The notes under the pieces were generated by a model. That model did not search any database. It saw nothing but the letters and a program-made list of their open reading frames with translations, and was not told the origin of the DNA. From Candidatus Pacearchaeota archaeon (lineage in GTDB: Archaea > Nanobdellota > Nanobdellia > Pacearchaeales > GW2011-AR1): a DNA stretch of 64,000 bases. Made by a program: the position numbers and the translations under genes. The first letter of the stretch is position 1. Each line of letters begins with the position of its first letter. The DNA is taken from assembly GCA_023132255.1 (NCBI GenBank), contig JAGLYK010000011.1:5847-69846 (forward strand), given 5' to 3'. Below, piece by piece: positions 55,599 to 64,000 of this stretch.

Positions 55599-56321
55599 AT
55601 GGTAACAATAATTAAAAGTCTTCCAAAGAAAGCTGGTAAAGCTAAAATTAATTGGGATTCTGTTGATGAGCCCATTAGGGAAGGTAAAGATATTATTCTT
55701 CCACTCCAAGATACAGTATATCTTCCTTTGGCGAAGGGAGAACAATTTTTATTTAAGTCTTTTGAGCATGAAAGTTATAGGGCACCTCGAGAAAATTATT
55801 GGTTTGGAGGCACAGATGAAGAACCTTTTTTAGTTCAAATAGAAAAAGATGCTTTCAATACTTTTACGAATAATGGAGAAGAAGCTTTTTATAGATCTAT
55901 TAAGCCTTTTTTTGTAGATTTCCTTGAAAAAATTTTAAATATAGAAGCAGAGAGACAAGGTGATATTTTTGCGGTTCCAATTGGAGAGAGAAAAAATAAG
56001 GGAATACAAAGTTTTTTAACTCAATCATATATTTCTAGAGAATATCCTAAATTAGAACTTAAAAAAAATCAAAATTCTCTTTCTCTTTTTGGAACTCGTC
56101 ATGCTTTAAATGGATATGTTCTCGGGGAACAGCATCCTGGTGGTGAGGTTACAAGTCCTCACTTTAAGCCTTTTTTACTTACTAACTCCTTAGAGGAAAG
56201 ATCTGTTTTAGGAACAGGGATAATTAAAGCTCCAGATCATGAAGTTTTAGATCTTAATAAAGAATTTATTTATTTTATGGCACAAACAAGATATCTTGTA
56301 AATCCTAAGGAGGCAGATTAA
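55599..56321 (+). CDS. Hypothetical protein
   Basis: 240-aa ORF with WFGGTDEEPFLV, RQGDIFA, GTRH, APDH motifs. Confidence 0.65.
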   Translation: MVTIIKSLPKKAGKAKINWDSVDEPIREGKDIILPLQDTVYLPLAKGEQFLFKSFEHESYRAPRENYWFGGTDEEPFLVQIEKDAFNTFTNNGEEAFYRSIKPFFVDFLEKILNIEAERQGDIFAVPIGERKNKGIQSFLTQSYISREYPKLELKKNQNSLSLFGTRHALNGYVLGEQHPGGEVTSPHFKPFLLTNSLEERSVLGTGIIKAPDHEVLDLNKEFIYFMAQTRYLVNPKEAD

Positions 56322-56322
56322 A

Positions 56323-56523
56323 ATGGTTGGTTTAAGATTAGAGAAAATATTAGTAAGTATTTGGAATGATGATAAGATTCCTGAAGTGTTTGAGGAAAAA
56401 GGTATACCTGTGACTTCAACCCTATACAATTCTCAAGGAAAATCTTATGTAGCATGGGGAAAAAATGGAAGGAAACACTACTACGATGAATCTGGAAATG
56501 AAAGAAGATTTTCTGATGAATGA
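56323..56523 (+). CDS. Small hypothetical protein
   Basis: SD GGAGG inside the upstream gene end; 1-bp gap. Confidence 0.55.
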   Translation: MVGLRLEKILVSIWNDDKIPEVFEEKGIPVTSTLYNSQGKSYVAWGKNGRKHYYDESGNERRFSDE

Positions 56524-56568
56524 TCATAAAGATACATTTTGAAAGATTTCATTAGTTTAATAGAATTT

Positions 56569-58014
56569 TCAATAACTCCTCGCCACATAAACAATCTCTT
56601 TTGCTTTTTTCCCGCAGATTACACATTTTCCAGATGGTTTTTGGTTTTCATCTAACCTTGTTCCCCTGACTTCTGCTGAAATTTCTTTGATAATTTCTTC
56701 TGCACATTTTTCACCATTTTTTTCAACTGAGCAGAAATTACATCTGGCAATTGCACCATCTTTAATTATTTTTTTTACTTCGTTAATATTCTTGGCGTCT
56801 TTTATTTTTCCTTTAAAAATTTTGTCTGCTTCTTTAATTAAATTTTTTGTGAATTCTTTTGAAATTTTTTCAATTGTTTTAAGAATATCTTTTTCTGGGA
56901 TGACAATTTTTTTATTTAAATCTCTTCTAAAAATTGTTATCTGCTTTTTTTCCAAATCTTTCAATCCTAAATCTATTCTAATTGGAACACCTTTCATTTC
57001 CCAATAATTGAATTTTTCACCAGGTCTTTTGTCAGAATAATCTATTTCTACTGAATAAGATTTTTCAATCTCTTTTTTCAAAGTTTCTGCTTTTTTGTTT
57101 ACTTTTTTATCTATTGGGATTATTATTACTTGCAATGGTGCAATTTCCCAGGGGAATTTTAATCCTTTGTCGTCTCCGTGAGTTATGATTATGCTTGCGA
57201 ATATTCTTGAGATTGAAGGGCCATAACAAGTTGTGTAGCAGGGTTTTTCTTCTTGGTTTTTGTCTTTGTAAGTTATGTTGAATGCTTTTGAGAAACTAGG
57301 GGAGATTATATGGGTTGATGGTTGCTGTATAACTTTGCCGTCGGGGTTTAACACATCTGATGCAAAGGTTCTGTGTGCTCCTGCAAACTTGTCCCATGAT
57401 GGTCTTTCAAAAAACATAAATGGCAATCCAAATATATCATGCAGAACTTCTTCTGTTGTTTGCATGTCTTCCTGAACTTGTTTCATTGCATCTTCTTTTG
57501 TGGCATGTGCACAGTGAGTTTCTATCCAGTGGAATTCCCTGCTCCTTAGAAAAGGGCGTGTTGCTTTTGTTTCGTGCCTAAAGACTTGCGCTCTTTGATA
57601 TGTTTTGAAAGGCAGGTCCTTGTAACTTCTTATCCATAAATTGAACATCTGGTAAAATGCAGTTTCAGAAGTTGGTCGAAGGGCAAGAGGTTCTTCGAGT
57701 TTTTTTGTCCCTCCGTGTGTGACCCAAAAAACTTCCGGAGTAAATCCTTTAATATGAGACGCTTCTTTTTGGAGATTGCTTTTAGGAATTACAGTCGGGA
57801 ACCAGTAAGGCTTGTGCGATTTTTTTTGCAAAACCTCTTCAAAATGTTTGTACATTTTTTCCATTGCTAAAACAGACCATGGCTGGAAAACCAAAAATCC
57901 TTTTACATTATATCTTAAATCTGCAAGTTCGCACTTTTGAATAATTTGCGTGAACCATTCTGAAAAATTCTCATTTTTTTTTGCAGTAATTCCCTCTTGA
58001 TTTTTTTTTGTCAT
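56569..58014 (-). CDS. proS: Prolyl-tRNA synthetase (archaeal/eukaryotic type)
   Basis: LRPTSET, FRHETKATRPFLRSREFHWIE, WEMKGVPIRI, C-terminal ARSY. Confidence 0.97.
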   Translation of the reverse strand: MTKKNQEGITAKKNENFSEWFTQIIQKCELADLRYNVKGFLVFQPWSVLAMEKMYKHFEEVLQKKSHKPYWFPTVIPKSNLQKEASHIKGFTPEVFWVTHGGTKKLEEPLALRPTSETAFYQMFNLWIRSYKDLPFKTYQRAQVFRHETKATRPFLRSREFHWIETHCAHATKEDAMKQVQEDMQTTEEVLHDIFGLPFMFFERPSWDKFAGAHRTFASDVLNPDGKVIQQPSTHIISPSFSKAFNITYKDKNQEEKPCYTTCYGPSISRIFASIIITHGDDKGLKFPWEIAPLQVIIIPIDKKVNKKAETLKKEIEKSYSVEIDYSDKRPGEKFNYWEMKGVPIRIDLGLKDLEKKQITIFRRDLNKKIVIPEKDILKTIEKISKEFTKNLIKEADKIFKGKIKDAKNINEVKKIIKDGAIARCNFCSVEKNGEKCAEEIIKEISAEVRGTRLDENQKPSGKCVICGKKAKEIVYVARSY

Positions 58015-58039
58015 AGATACTCAAAGAAAAAAGGTTTTA

Positions 58040-58912
58040 TTAAATTAATGTTTGGTTTAATTTTTCCAGTGCGATTTCATTTACAATATTTTCTATGTAA
58101 TTTGATTCTAATGCAAAGCCAAGACTTTCTCCTCCTCCAATTTTGAAATTATTAATTCCAATTACTTTTCCCTGCTTGTTTATTAAAGGACCTCCTGAAT
58201 TTCCAGGATTTAGTGCTGCGTCGGTTTGGATGTATGCGTTGATACCACTTGGTCCTGGTCTGTGAACTGCCGAGACAATTCCTTCTGAAACAGAAAACTG
58301 CAATCCTAATGGATTTCCTATTGCAATTACTTTTTCTCCTATTTGGACATCATCAGAGTCTGCAAGTTTTAGTTTTTCAAAATTTCCGGAAATTTTTAGC
58401 AATGCAATATCAAAATTGCTGTTGTACCCGATTAAATTTACTGAATATGTTTCGCTGTCGTATGTGAAAATTCCTGCTGATTTTGCGTTTTCCATTACAT
58501 GGTAGTTTGTTACAATGTATCCTTGCTGGTCTATGATGAATCCTGTTCCCTGGCTAATGTCTGTTCTTATTGTCACTACAGACTTGATTGCGTCTTCGAT
58601 GATTCCTGAAAAATCCGCACTTGCCGAGGCTTTGAGCAAATCCATTTCCTGTCCCATTGAGCCAATTTTTAAATCCAGTGAATTTACTGTTTCTTCCAAA
58701 GTTGTTTTTGTCTGAATTAAATTCTCTGTTAAAGTATTTATATTGCTTTGGGTGTCTTCTTTTAATTCTCTTATATCTGATTCTATCCTATTGTAACTTA
58801 ATTGCAACTGCCCGTAGAGAAAATAAATAAATACGCTGTTTGCTATTAACAATATTATTAAAAAAGAGCTAAAACCTCCAATTATTATTTTGTGGTGTTT
58901 TCTGAGTGCCAT
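58040..58912 (-). CDS. Membrane-anchored HtrA/trypsin-like serine protease (no PDZ)
   Basis: GTGFII, TNYHV, DIALLK, QTDAALNPGNSGGPL. Confidence 0.93.
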   Translation of the reverse strand: MALRKHHKIIIGGFSSFLIILLIANSVFIYFLYGQLQLSYNRIESDIRELKEDTQSNINTLTENLIQTKTTLEETVNSLDLKIGSMGQEMDLLKASASADFSGIIEDAIKSVVTIRTDISQGTGFIIDQQGYIVTNYHVMENAKSAGIFTYDSETYSVNLIGYNSNFDIALLKISGNFEKLKLADSDDVQIGEKVIAIGNPLGLQFSVSEGIVSAVHRPGPSGINAYIQTDAALNPGNSGGPLINKQGKVIGINNFKIGGGESLGFALESNYIENIVNEIALEKLNQTLI

Positions 58913-58964
58913 GTTTATAATATAAATACTAAACTATAAAAACCTTTTTTTTCTTGTTGTGTCA

Positions 58965-59036
58965 GGACCCGTAGTTCAACGGATAGAATAACAGGTTTCG
59001 GCCCTGTTGATCGAGGTTCGAATCCTCGCGGGTTCA
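58965..59036 (+). tRNA. tRNA-Arg(TCG)
   Basis: Acceptor GGACCCG/CGGGTTC, anticodon arm ACAGG-TT-TCG-GC-CCTGT, T arm CGAGGTTCGAATCCTCG. Confidence 0.94.
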
Positions 59037-59134
59037 TTTTTATTTGAATAAAAAAATAAACAAAATTAAACCAATTCAATAAATTATTATCTCAAATCAT
59101 AATGAAATTTTGTTCTCAGAGAAAAGTTATTTCA

Positions 59135-59827
59135 TTATAACCATTTAAAGTCCTTGTCGCCTCTTTTTATTATAGATACATTAGTAGCAACAATACTAAA
59201 TGTATCAACCCAATCATCAGGATTCTCTTTTTTGGAGGGAATAATCTCTTCAAAAGGCGTCCATTCCCCTATGTATTCTTCTATTTTAGCTGAATGTAAC
59301 TTCCCATATTCCTCAAATGTTTTTTGTGCAAAATATCCATCTTGAATATAACACTCAACAGCTTCTGTAGCACTTCCATGACCGCTTGGGTTAGTTACTA
59401 TAAGAGAAGGTATTTTTCTTTTATATGCTTCCCTAACCATTTGTAAACCTAATGGCTGATTTTTTTCATCTCCTTCATCAAAATATTTTTTAAGTGCATT
59501 AAAAGTAAATTTAATTTCAGGGTTAGGATTTTCTCCAATTTCTTTGATTAATTTTTCCCCTAATGATTTATCATTACTTCCAATTTTTTTAGGGAAAAAT
59601 AAATCTGTTAAAACACAATCGTAATTATTTCTTTCTAATTTCTGAATCGCTTCTTCATAATCCAAAGCAGTATCTTTTATATCAATTCGTGCTTTAGCTT
59701 CAGGATAACCTTTTGTTTGTAACAAGTAAGTAATTGGTTCTGCTTCAGCTAATTTTTCAGCAGATTCTATGTTTTTTTTGTTATCGTCTATTAATAATAC
59801 TTTTATTTCTAAGTTTTCTTTTTCCAT
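59135..59827 (-). CDS. Orphan response-regulator receiver-like protein
   Basis: KVLLIDDN and YDCVLTDLFFP (acidic pocket and phospho-Asp position). Confidence 0.6.
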   Translation of the reverse strand: MEKENLEIKVLLIDDNKKNIESAEKLAEAEPITYLLQTKGYPEAKARIDIKDTALDYEEAIQKLERNNYDCVLTDLFFPKKIGSNDKSLGEKLIKEIGENPNPEIKFTFNALKKYFDEGDEKNQPLGLQMVREAYKRKIPSLIVTNPSGHGSATEAVECYIQDGYFAQKTFEEYGKLHSAKIEEYIGEWTPFEEIIPSKKENPDDWVDTFSIVATNVSIIKRGDKDFKWL

Positions 59828-59944
59828 TTGATTTTCATTAATTTTAGTTACTAGTAAGTAGTTAGCAAGGTTATATTAATCTTATTAACCCCCTTTGGGA
59901 GTAGTTTAAGAAAGATTTAAATAGGGTGCGAACTTCTTTGAGTT

Positions 59945-60682
59945 ATGAATTTAGATAAATTAGAAGAAATAGGATTTACTCAAAGAGAAAGAAAAGTGTA
60001 TGTAGCATTACTGGAAATTGGATTAACGTCTGTGGGTGCGATTATTAAGAAATCGGGGATACCAAGTTCTAAAATTTACGAAACTTTAGATAAATTAATC
60101 AAAAAAGGTTTAGTTAGTTTTGTTGTAAAAAATAATAAAAAATATTATCAGCCAAGTAATCCAAAAACAATTCTCAAATTTATGGACGAAAAGAAAACAA
60201 CTATTGAAAAAGATGTATTGCCACAATTAGAAAGATTATATAATTTTACTAAACAACAAAGCGAGGCGACTATTTACGAAGGTGTTAAAGGAATTAAAAC
60301 AATTTATGAGAGAATGTTAAAAGAATTAAAAAAAGGTGATACACTATATGTTTTGGGAGCACCAAGTAAAGCAAATGAACTGCTTGAAGGATATTTTTTA
60401 GATTATCACAAAAGAAGAATTAAAGCAGGAATAAAGATGAAAATACTTTATGATAAAGAAGCAAAAAAATATGGCAGAACAAGAAAGAAAATGAATCTTA
60501 CACAAGTAAAGTATATTTTAGAAGGGCAAACAGCTCCGTCATGGATAGATATCTTTTCAGACTGCATTGTAATATTTAACCTTAATAAAAACCCTTCTTG
60601 TTTTTTGATTAAAGAAGAAAATATTGCAAAGAATTTTAAATTATATTTTGAGCTTTTGTGGAAAACAGCGGAATCTAACTAA
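59945..60682 (+). CDS. TrmB family transcriptional regulator
   Basis: LEEIGFTQRERKVY...SKIYETLDKLIKKGLV; IYEGVKGI. Confidence 0.88.
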   Translation: MNLDKLEEIGFTQRERKVYVALLEIGLTSVGAIIKKSGIPSSKIYETLDKLIKKGLVSFVVKNNKKYYQPSNPKTILKFMDEKKTTIEKDVLPQLERLYNFTKQQSEATIYEGVKGIKTIYERMLKELKKGDTLYVLGAPSKANELLEGYFLDYHKRRIKAGIKMKILYDKEAKKYGRTRKKMNLTQVKYILEGQTAPSWIDIFSDCIVIFNLNKNPSCFLIKEENIAKNFKLYFELLWKTAESN

Positions 60683-60686
60683 AAAC

Positions 60687-62042
60687 TTATTTTAACAACC
60701 CCTCCAAAACCCCTCTTACCATTTCAAAATCAGCCCTTTTATTGCTCTCTTTCATAACCTGCCCAATTAAAAAATTCAAAGATTGTTTTTTCCCTGATTT
60801 ATAATCTTCAACTGCTTTTGAATTTTCTTTAATTATTTTTTCTGCAAGTTTTTGAATTTCTTTTGTGTCGGAAATTTGCGAGTGTTTTTTTATTTCCTGT
60901 TTTGGAGAAATTGATTTTTCTTTCCAGCTTCGTAAAATGTCTTTTGCTTTTAATTCTGTGATAATTTTCTTTTCTATGAGTTTGAGCAAATCAATAAAAT
61001 GTTCCACTTCTATCTTTACATTTTCTAAATCTTTTTTGTTATAATTTAGAACACTAAGAAGTTCTTCTGTTACCCAACGCACTGCAAGTTTTGGATTTGT
61101 TTTTTCAATTATTTTTTCAAAGAATTCCACAACCTCAAGTTTTTTTGTTAAAATTTCTGCAGAGCTTTTTTCTATCTTATATTTTTTAATAAGCTTTTTC
61201 AGTTTTGCATGAGGTGTTTCTGGCAAAACAGATTTTATTTTTTCTACTCTTGATTTTTCTATTTTTATTATCGGCAAGTCTGGGTCTGAAATAAATCTGT
61301 AATCCTGGGCTTCTTCTTTTGAACGCATTTTAATTGTAATGCCTTTGCTTTCATTAAACATTTTTGTCTCTTGCATTTTAGGAATTTCTTTTTCTTGTCT
61401 TTGAATTTCATATTCAATTGCAGTTTTAATGTTTTTCAAACTGTTTATATTTTTAATTTCTATTCTTTGGCCTCCTGAAACAGAAACATTTACATCTGCT
61501 TTTATCCCGGCATTTTTGTCAATTGCTTTTATGTAACTTAAAGTTGCAATTAATTGTTTTAACCATACAATTACCTGCTCGGAATTTTTAAAATCTGGTT
61601 CTGTTACGATTTCTATTAAAGGGCTCCCGGAACGATTGTAATCTATTTCTCCTGTTTTTGGGTTCCATGCTGCAGGGTCTTCTTCAAGATGGCATTCAGT
61701 AATGTTTATTCCTAAAAATTTTCCTTTTTCTCCGACTGGAATTGCATATGGTCCTGAAATTGTATTTTGGTAGCCTTTTGGCAGGTCAGGCCAGTTGTAG
61801 TGTTTTCGAGCCCAAGTTAATTTTTCATTTATTTTACATCCAAGAATTAATGCAGTTTGAATTACTTTCTGGACTGCTGTTTTATTTGGGAGCATTGGCT
61901 TTGCACCTGGCTGGGCTGTGCAAACAGGACAGATATTTGTATTTGGTTTTGACTGTTTTAGCCCGTGCTCTGATTTGCAAGAACAGAAGAGTTTTTCATT
62001 TGTTAAAAGATAACCATGAATTTCTAATCCAATTTTTGTCAT
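60687..62042 (-). CDS. gatB: Asp/Glu-tRNA amidotransferase subunit B
   Basis: IGLEIH, KHYNWPDLPKGYQ, HLEED, IDYNRSGSPLIEIVTEPD, MRSKEEAQDYRF. Confidence 0.92.
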   Translation of the reverse strand: MTKIGLEIHGYLLTNEKLFCSCKSEHGLKQSKPNTNICPVCTAQPGAKPMLPNKTAVQKVIQTALILGCKINEKLTWARKHYNWPDLPKGYQNTISGPYAIPVGEKGKFLGINITECHLEEDPAAWNPKTGEIDYNRSGSPLIEIVTEPDFKNSEQVIVWLKQLIATLSYIKAIDKNAGIKADVNVSVSGGQRIEIKNINSLKNIKTAIEYEIQRQEKEIPKMQETKMFNESKGITIKMRSKEEAQDYRFISDPDLPIIKIEKSRVEKIKSVLPETPHAKLKKLIKKYKIEKSSAEILTKKLEVVEFFEKIIEKTNPKLAVRWVTEELLSVLNYNKKDLENVKIEVEHFIDLLKLIEKKIITELKAKDILRSWKEKSISPKQEIKKHSQISDTKEIQKLAEKIIKENSKAVEDYKSGKKQSLNFLIGQVMKESNKRADFEMVRGVLEGLLK

Positions 62043-62059
62043 AAAAAAGAATAAGAAGT

Positions 62060-62584
62060 TTATATTTTTAAAACTAATGAATGCTCTTTTTCCGGGAAAG
62101 TAGGTGTAGGTTTAAAGAATTTTTTATACATTTCCTCTTCAGAAAAATCTTTTGCATAATCTCTTTTTAATCCTGGATGCCAAACAGGTCTTTCATAGAT
62201 TTCTTCATCAATAGGTTGTTTTGTGTTATTCTTAAAATTGTATAAGTTTGTTAAACTATATATATTAATTTCTTTTTGATTAATCATGTCTTGCAATCCT
62301 GGGTATTCTACTAAATCCTGTTTAACATAAGGAAGAAAACCTTTGGGATTTACAGCATATTTAAATTCATCCCATCCCATAACCAACTGCATAAGTTTTA
62401 GTGCTTCTTGCTCATCTGTTTCTTCTGATATTTTGTGTAACCATTTCTTAATTTTATCATACCCGATAATTGCTACTCCTGTTCCTCCTATTATAGTCAT
62501 CAACCCCCATCCTATTAATTTTCTTCTTTCCCTACTTATTTCTTGGTCTTGAGGTAAAAACTCTTGATATAATCTATTTTTCAT
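62060..62584 (-). CDS. Hypothetical single-TM protein
   Basis: SRERRKLIGWG plus hydrophobic helix. Confidence 0.55.
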   Translation of the reverse strand: MKNRLYQEFLPQDQEISRERRKLIGWGLMTIIGGTGVAIIGYDKIKKWLHKISEETDEQEALKLMQLVMGWDEFKYAVNPKGFLPYVKQDLVEYPGLQDMINQKEINIYSLTNLYNFKNNTKQPIDEEIYERPVWHPGLKRDYAKDFSEEEMYKKFFKPTPTFPEKEHSLVLKI

Positions 62585-62691
62585 AAATTTACATAGCTAT
62601 ATTCGTTTATAAACTTTTCTATTTATTACTACTATCAAGTTATAATCCTTTTCATCACTATATTTTTATACTGCATTATTTTTGTTTTATT

Positions 62692-63981
62692 ATGAAAAAT
62701 GCTGTTGCTGGAGATTATGTTGAAGTTCATTTAACAAGACAGATTTATGAGGGAGTTCTTTTAGAAAACCCTGAACCCGGAATTATTTTGCTTAAACTGG
62801 ATTCTGGTTATAATATTGGATTTAACAAAAAAGATGTTTTGGAGATTAGGGTTCTTGAAAAAAGTTTAGAGAAGAAAGAAGAAATTGAAATAAAAAAAGA
62901 TGAAAATAAACCAAATATTGCAATGATTATTACTGGGGGGACAATTGCCGCGAGATTGAATCCGAAGAAAGGGGGTGTTGATTGGCTTGATACTCCTGAG
63001 AGTTTGTTTAAATTTTATCCGGGTGTTTTTGACAAGGTTAATATTGTGAAAGTTGAGGTGCCGTTTATGAAAGCATCAGAGGATATGGATTTTAAGGATT
63101 GGCAGAAACTTGCTCGAACTGCTGAGAAACTTTTGAATGACCCGAACATTAAAGGAGTGGTTGTCACGCATGGAACTGATTTTTTGCATTATACTTCTGC
63201 TGCGTTGAGTTTCTTTTTGAAGAATTTGAACAAGCCAGTTGTTTTGACTTATAGTCAGAGAAGTATTGACAGGGCAAGCAGCGACGCGAATTTGAATTTG
63301 CAGTGTGCTGCGTTGGCCGCGATTTCAGATATTGCAGAAGTTATGCTCGTCGGACACGCTTCTTCAAATGATGATTTTTGTCATGCAATGCCTGGGACAA
63401 AAGTTAGGAAGCTGCATAGTTCAAAGAGAGATGCTTTCAAAGTTGTAAATGCAAAACCTTTTGCTAAAATTTTTCCCAATAGAATTGAAATTATTTCAGA
63501 TTATAATTTTAGGAATATCCTAAAGGGCACAAGTAAAAATAAAGTTAAGTTGGATTTGAAATTTGAGGAAAAGGTTGCTTTGGTGAAAGTTTATCCCGGG
63601 CAAAACCCGGATATTTTGGATTATTATTATTTAAAGAAAAAATATAAAGGAATTGTTTTGGAAATGAGTGGATTAGGACATGCTCCAACAAAAAGAGCGA
63701 GAAAATCATGGACAAAAAAACTAAAACAGGTTCAGGAAAAAGGTTTGGTTGTTTGTGCTGCTGCCCAGACAGTTTATGGACGACTTGATCCTTTGGTTTA
63801 TTCAAATGGAAGAGAATTAATGAAAACAGGAATTATTTATTTGGAGGATATGTTAAGTGAAACAGCCTTGATAAAACTTGGTTGGGTTTTGGGTCATGCA
63901 GATTGGGCAAAGGATAAAAAAATTGTTAGAGAGAAAATGTTGGAGAATTTTGCTGGGGAGTTAAATGACAGATTGGATTAA
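62692..63981 (+). CDS. gatD: Glu-tRNA(Gln) amidotransferase subunit D
   Basis: KLDSGYNIG N-domain, TGGTI, THGTD, SQRSIDRASSD, RKLHSSKRDAF. Confidence 0.95.
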   Translation: MKNAVAGDYVEVHLTRQIYEGVLLENPEPGIILLKLDSGYNIGFNKKDVLEIRVLEKSLEKKEEIEIKKDENKPNIAMIITGGTIAARLNPKKGGVDWLDTPESLFKFYPGVFDKVNIVKVEVPFMKASEDMDFKDWQKLARTAEKLLNDPNIKGVVVTHGTDFLHYTSAALSFFLKNLNKPVVLTYSQRSIDRASSDANLNLQCAALAAISDIAEVMLVGHASSNDDFCHAMPGTKVRKLHSSKRDAFKVVNAKPFAKIFPNRIEIISDYNFRNILKGTSKNKVKLDLKFEEKVALVKVYPGQNPDILDYYYLKKKYKGIVLEMSGLGHAPTKRARKSWTKKLKQVQEKGLVVCAAAQTVYGRLDPLVYSNGRELMKTGIIYLEDMLSETALIKLGWVLGHADWAKDKKIVREKMLENFAGELNDRLD

Positions 63982-64000
63982 AATTATTTTTTCCTTTTCT

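Noticed and set aside
423-63805. Numerous short antisense ORFs in the supplied track
   Set aside because: They lie opposite well-supported genes and show the F/S/L/I-rich composition typical of reverse-strand shadows.

Overview
AT-rich archaeal chromosome segment, most consistent with a reduced DPANN genome (probably Pacearchaeota; inferred from TFB/TFE/Lsm/S8e/S17e/EndA together with a bacterial-type LeuRS and a short AlaRS). It carries translation and transcription housekeeping genes (GlyRS, LeuRS, AlaRS, ProRS, GatB, GatD, RNase Z, DHS), five tRNAs (two with introns), a cluster of large surface proteins, a giant lytic-transglycosylase-domain protein and a small defence pair (Type IIG R-M plus Schlafen/AlbA-HATPase). 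Two candidate undescribed systems stand out. (1) A free-standing double-LAGLIDADG endonuclease gene reads through the 5' exon of tRNA-Leu(TAG) and stops inside its non-canonical 30/31 BHB intron, which suggests endonuclease-driven homing of a tRNA intron. (2) A family of short GC-rich twin-hairpin modules with covarying stems and a nearly invariant A.C mismatch is inserted in frame, sometimes nested, in many housekeeping genes and in intergenic DNA. Further candidates are a Pro-containing uORF with an SD-sequestering hairpin upstream of dhs, a switch-like leader on rps17e, a paired palindromic operator, and a GatB-GatD pairing. All calls come from reading motifs by eye; no database searches were run.
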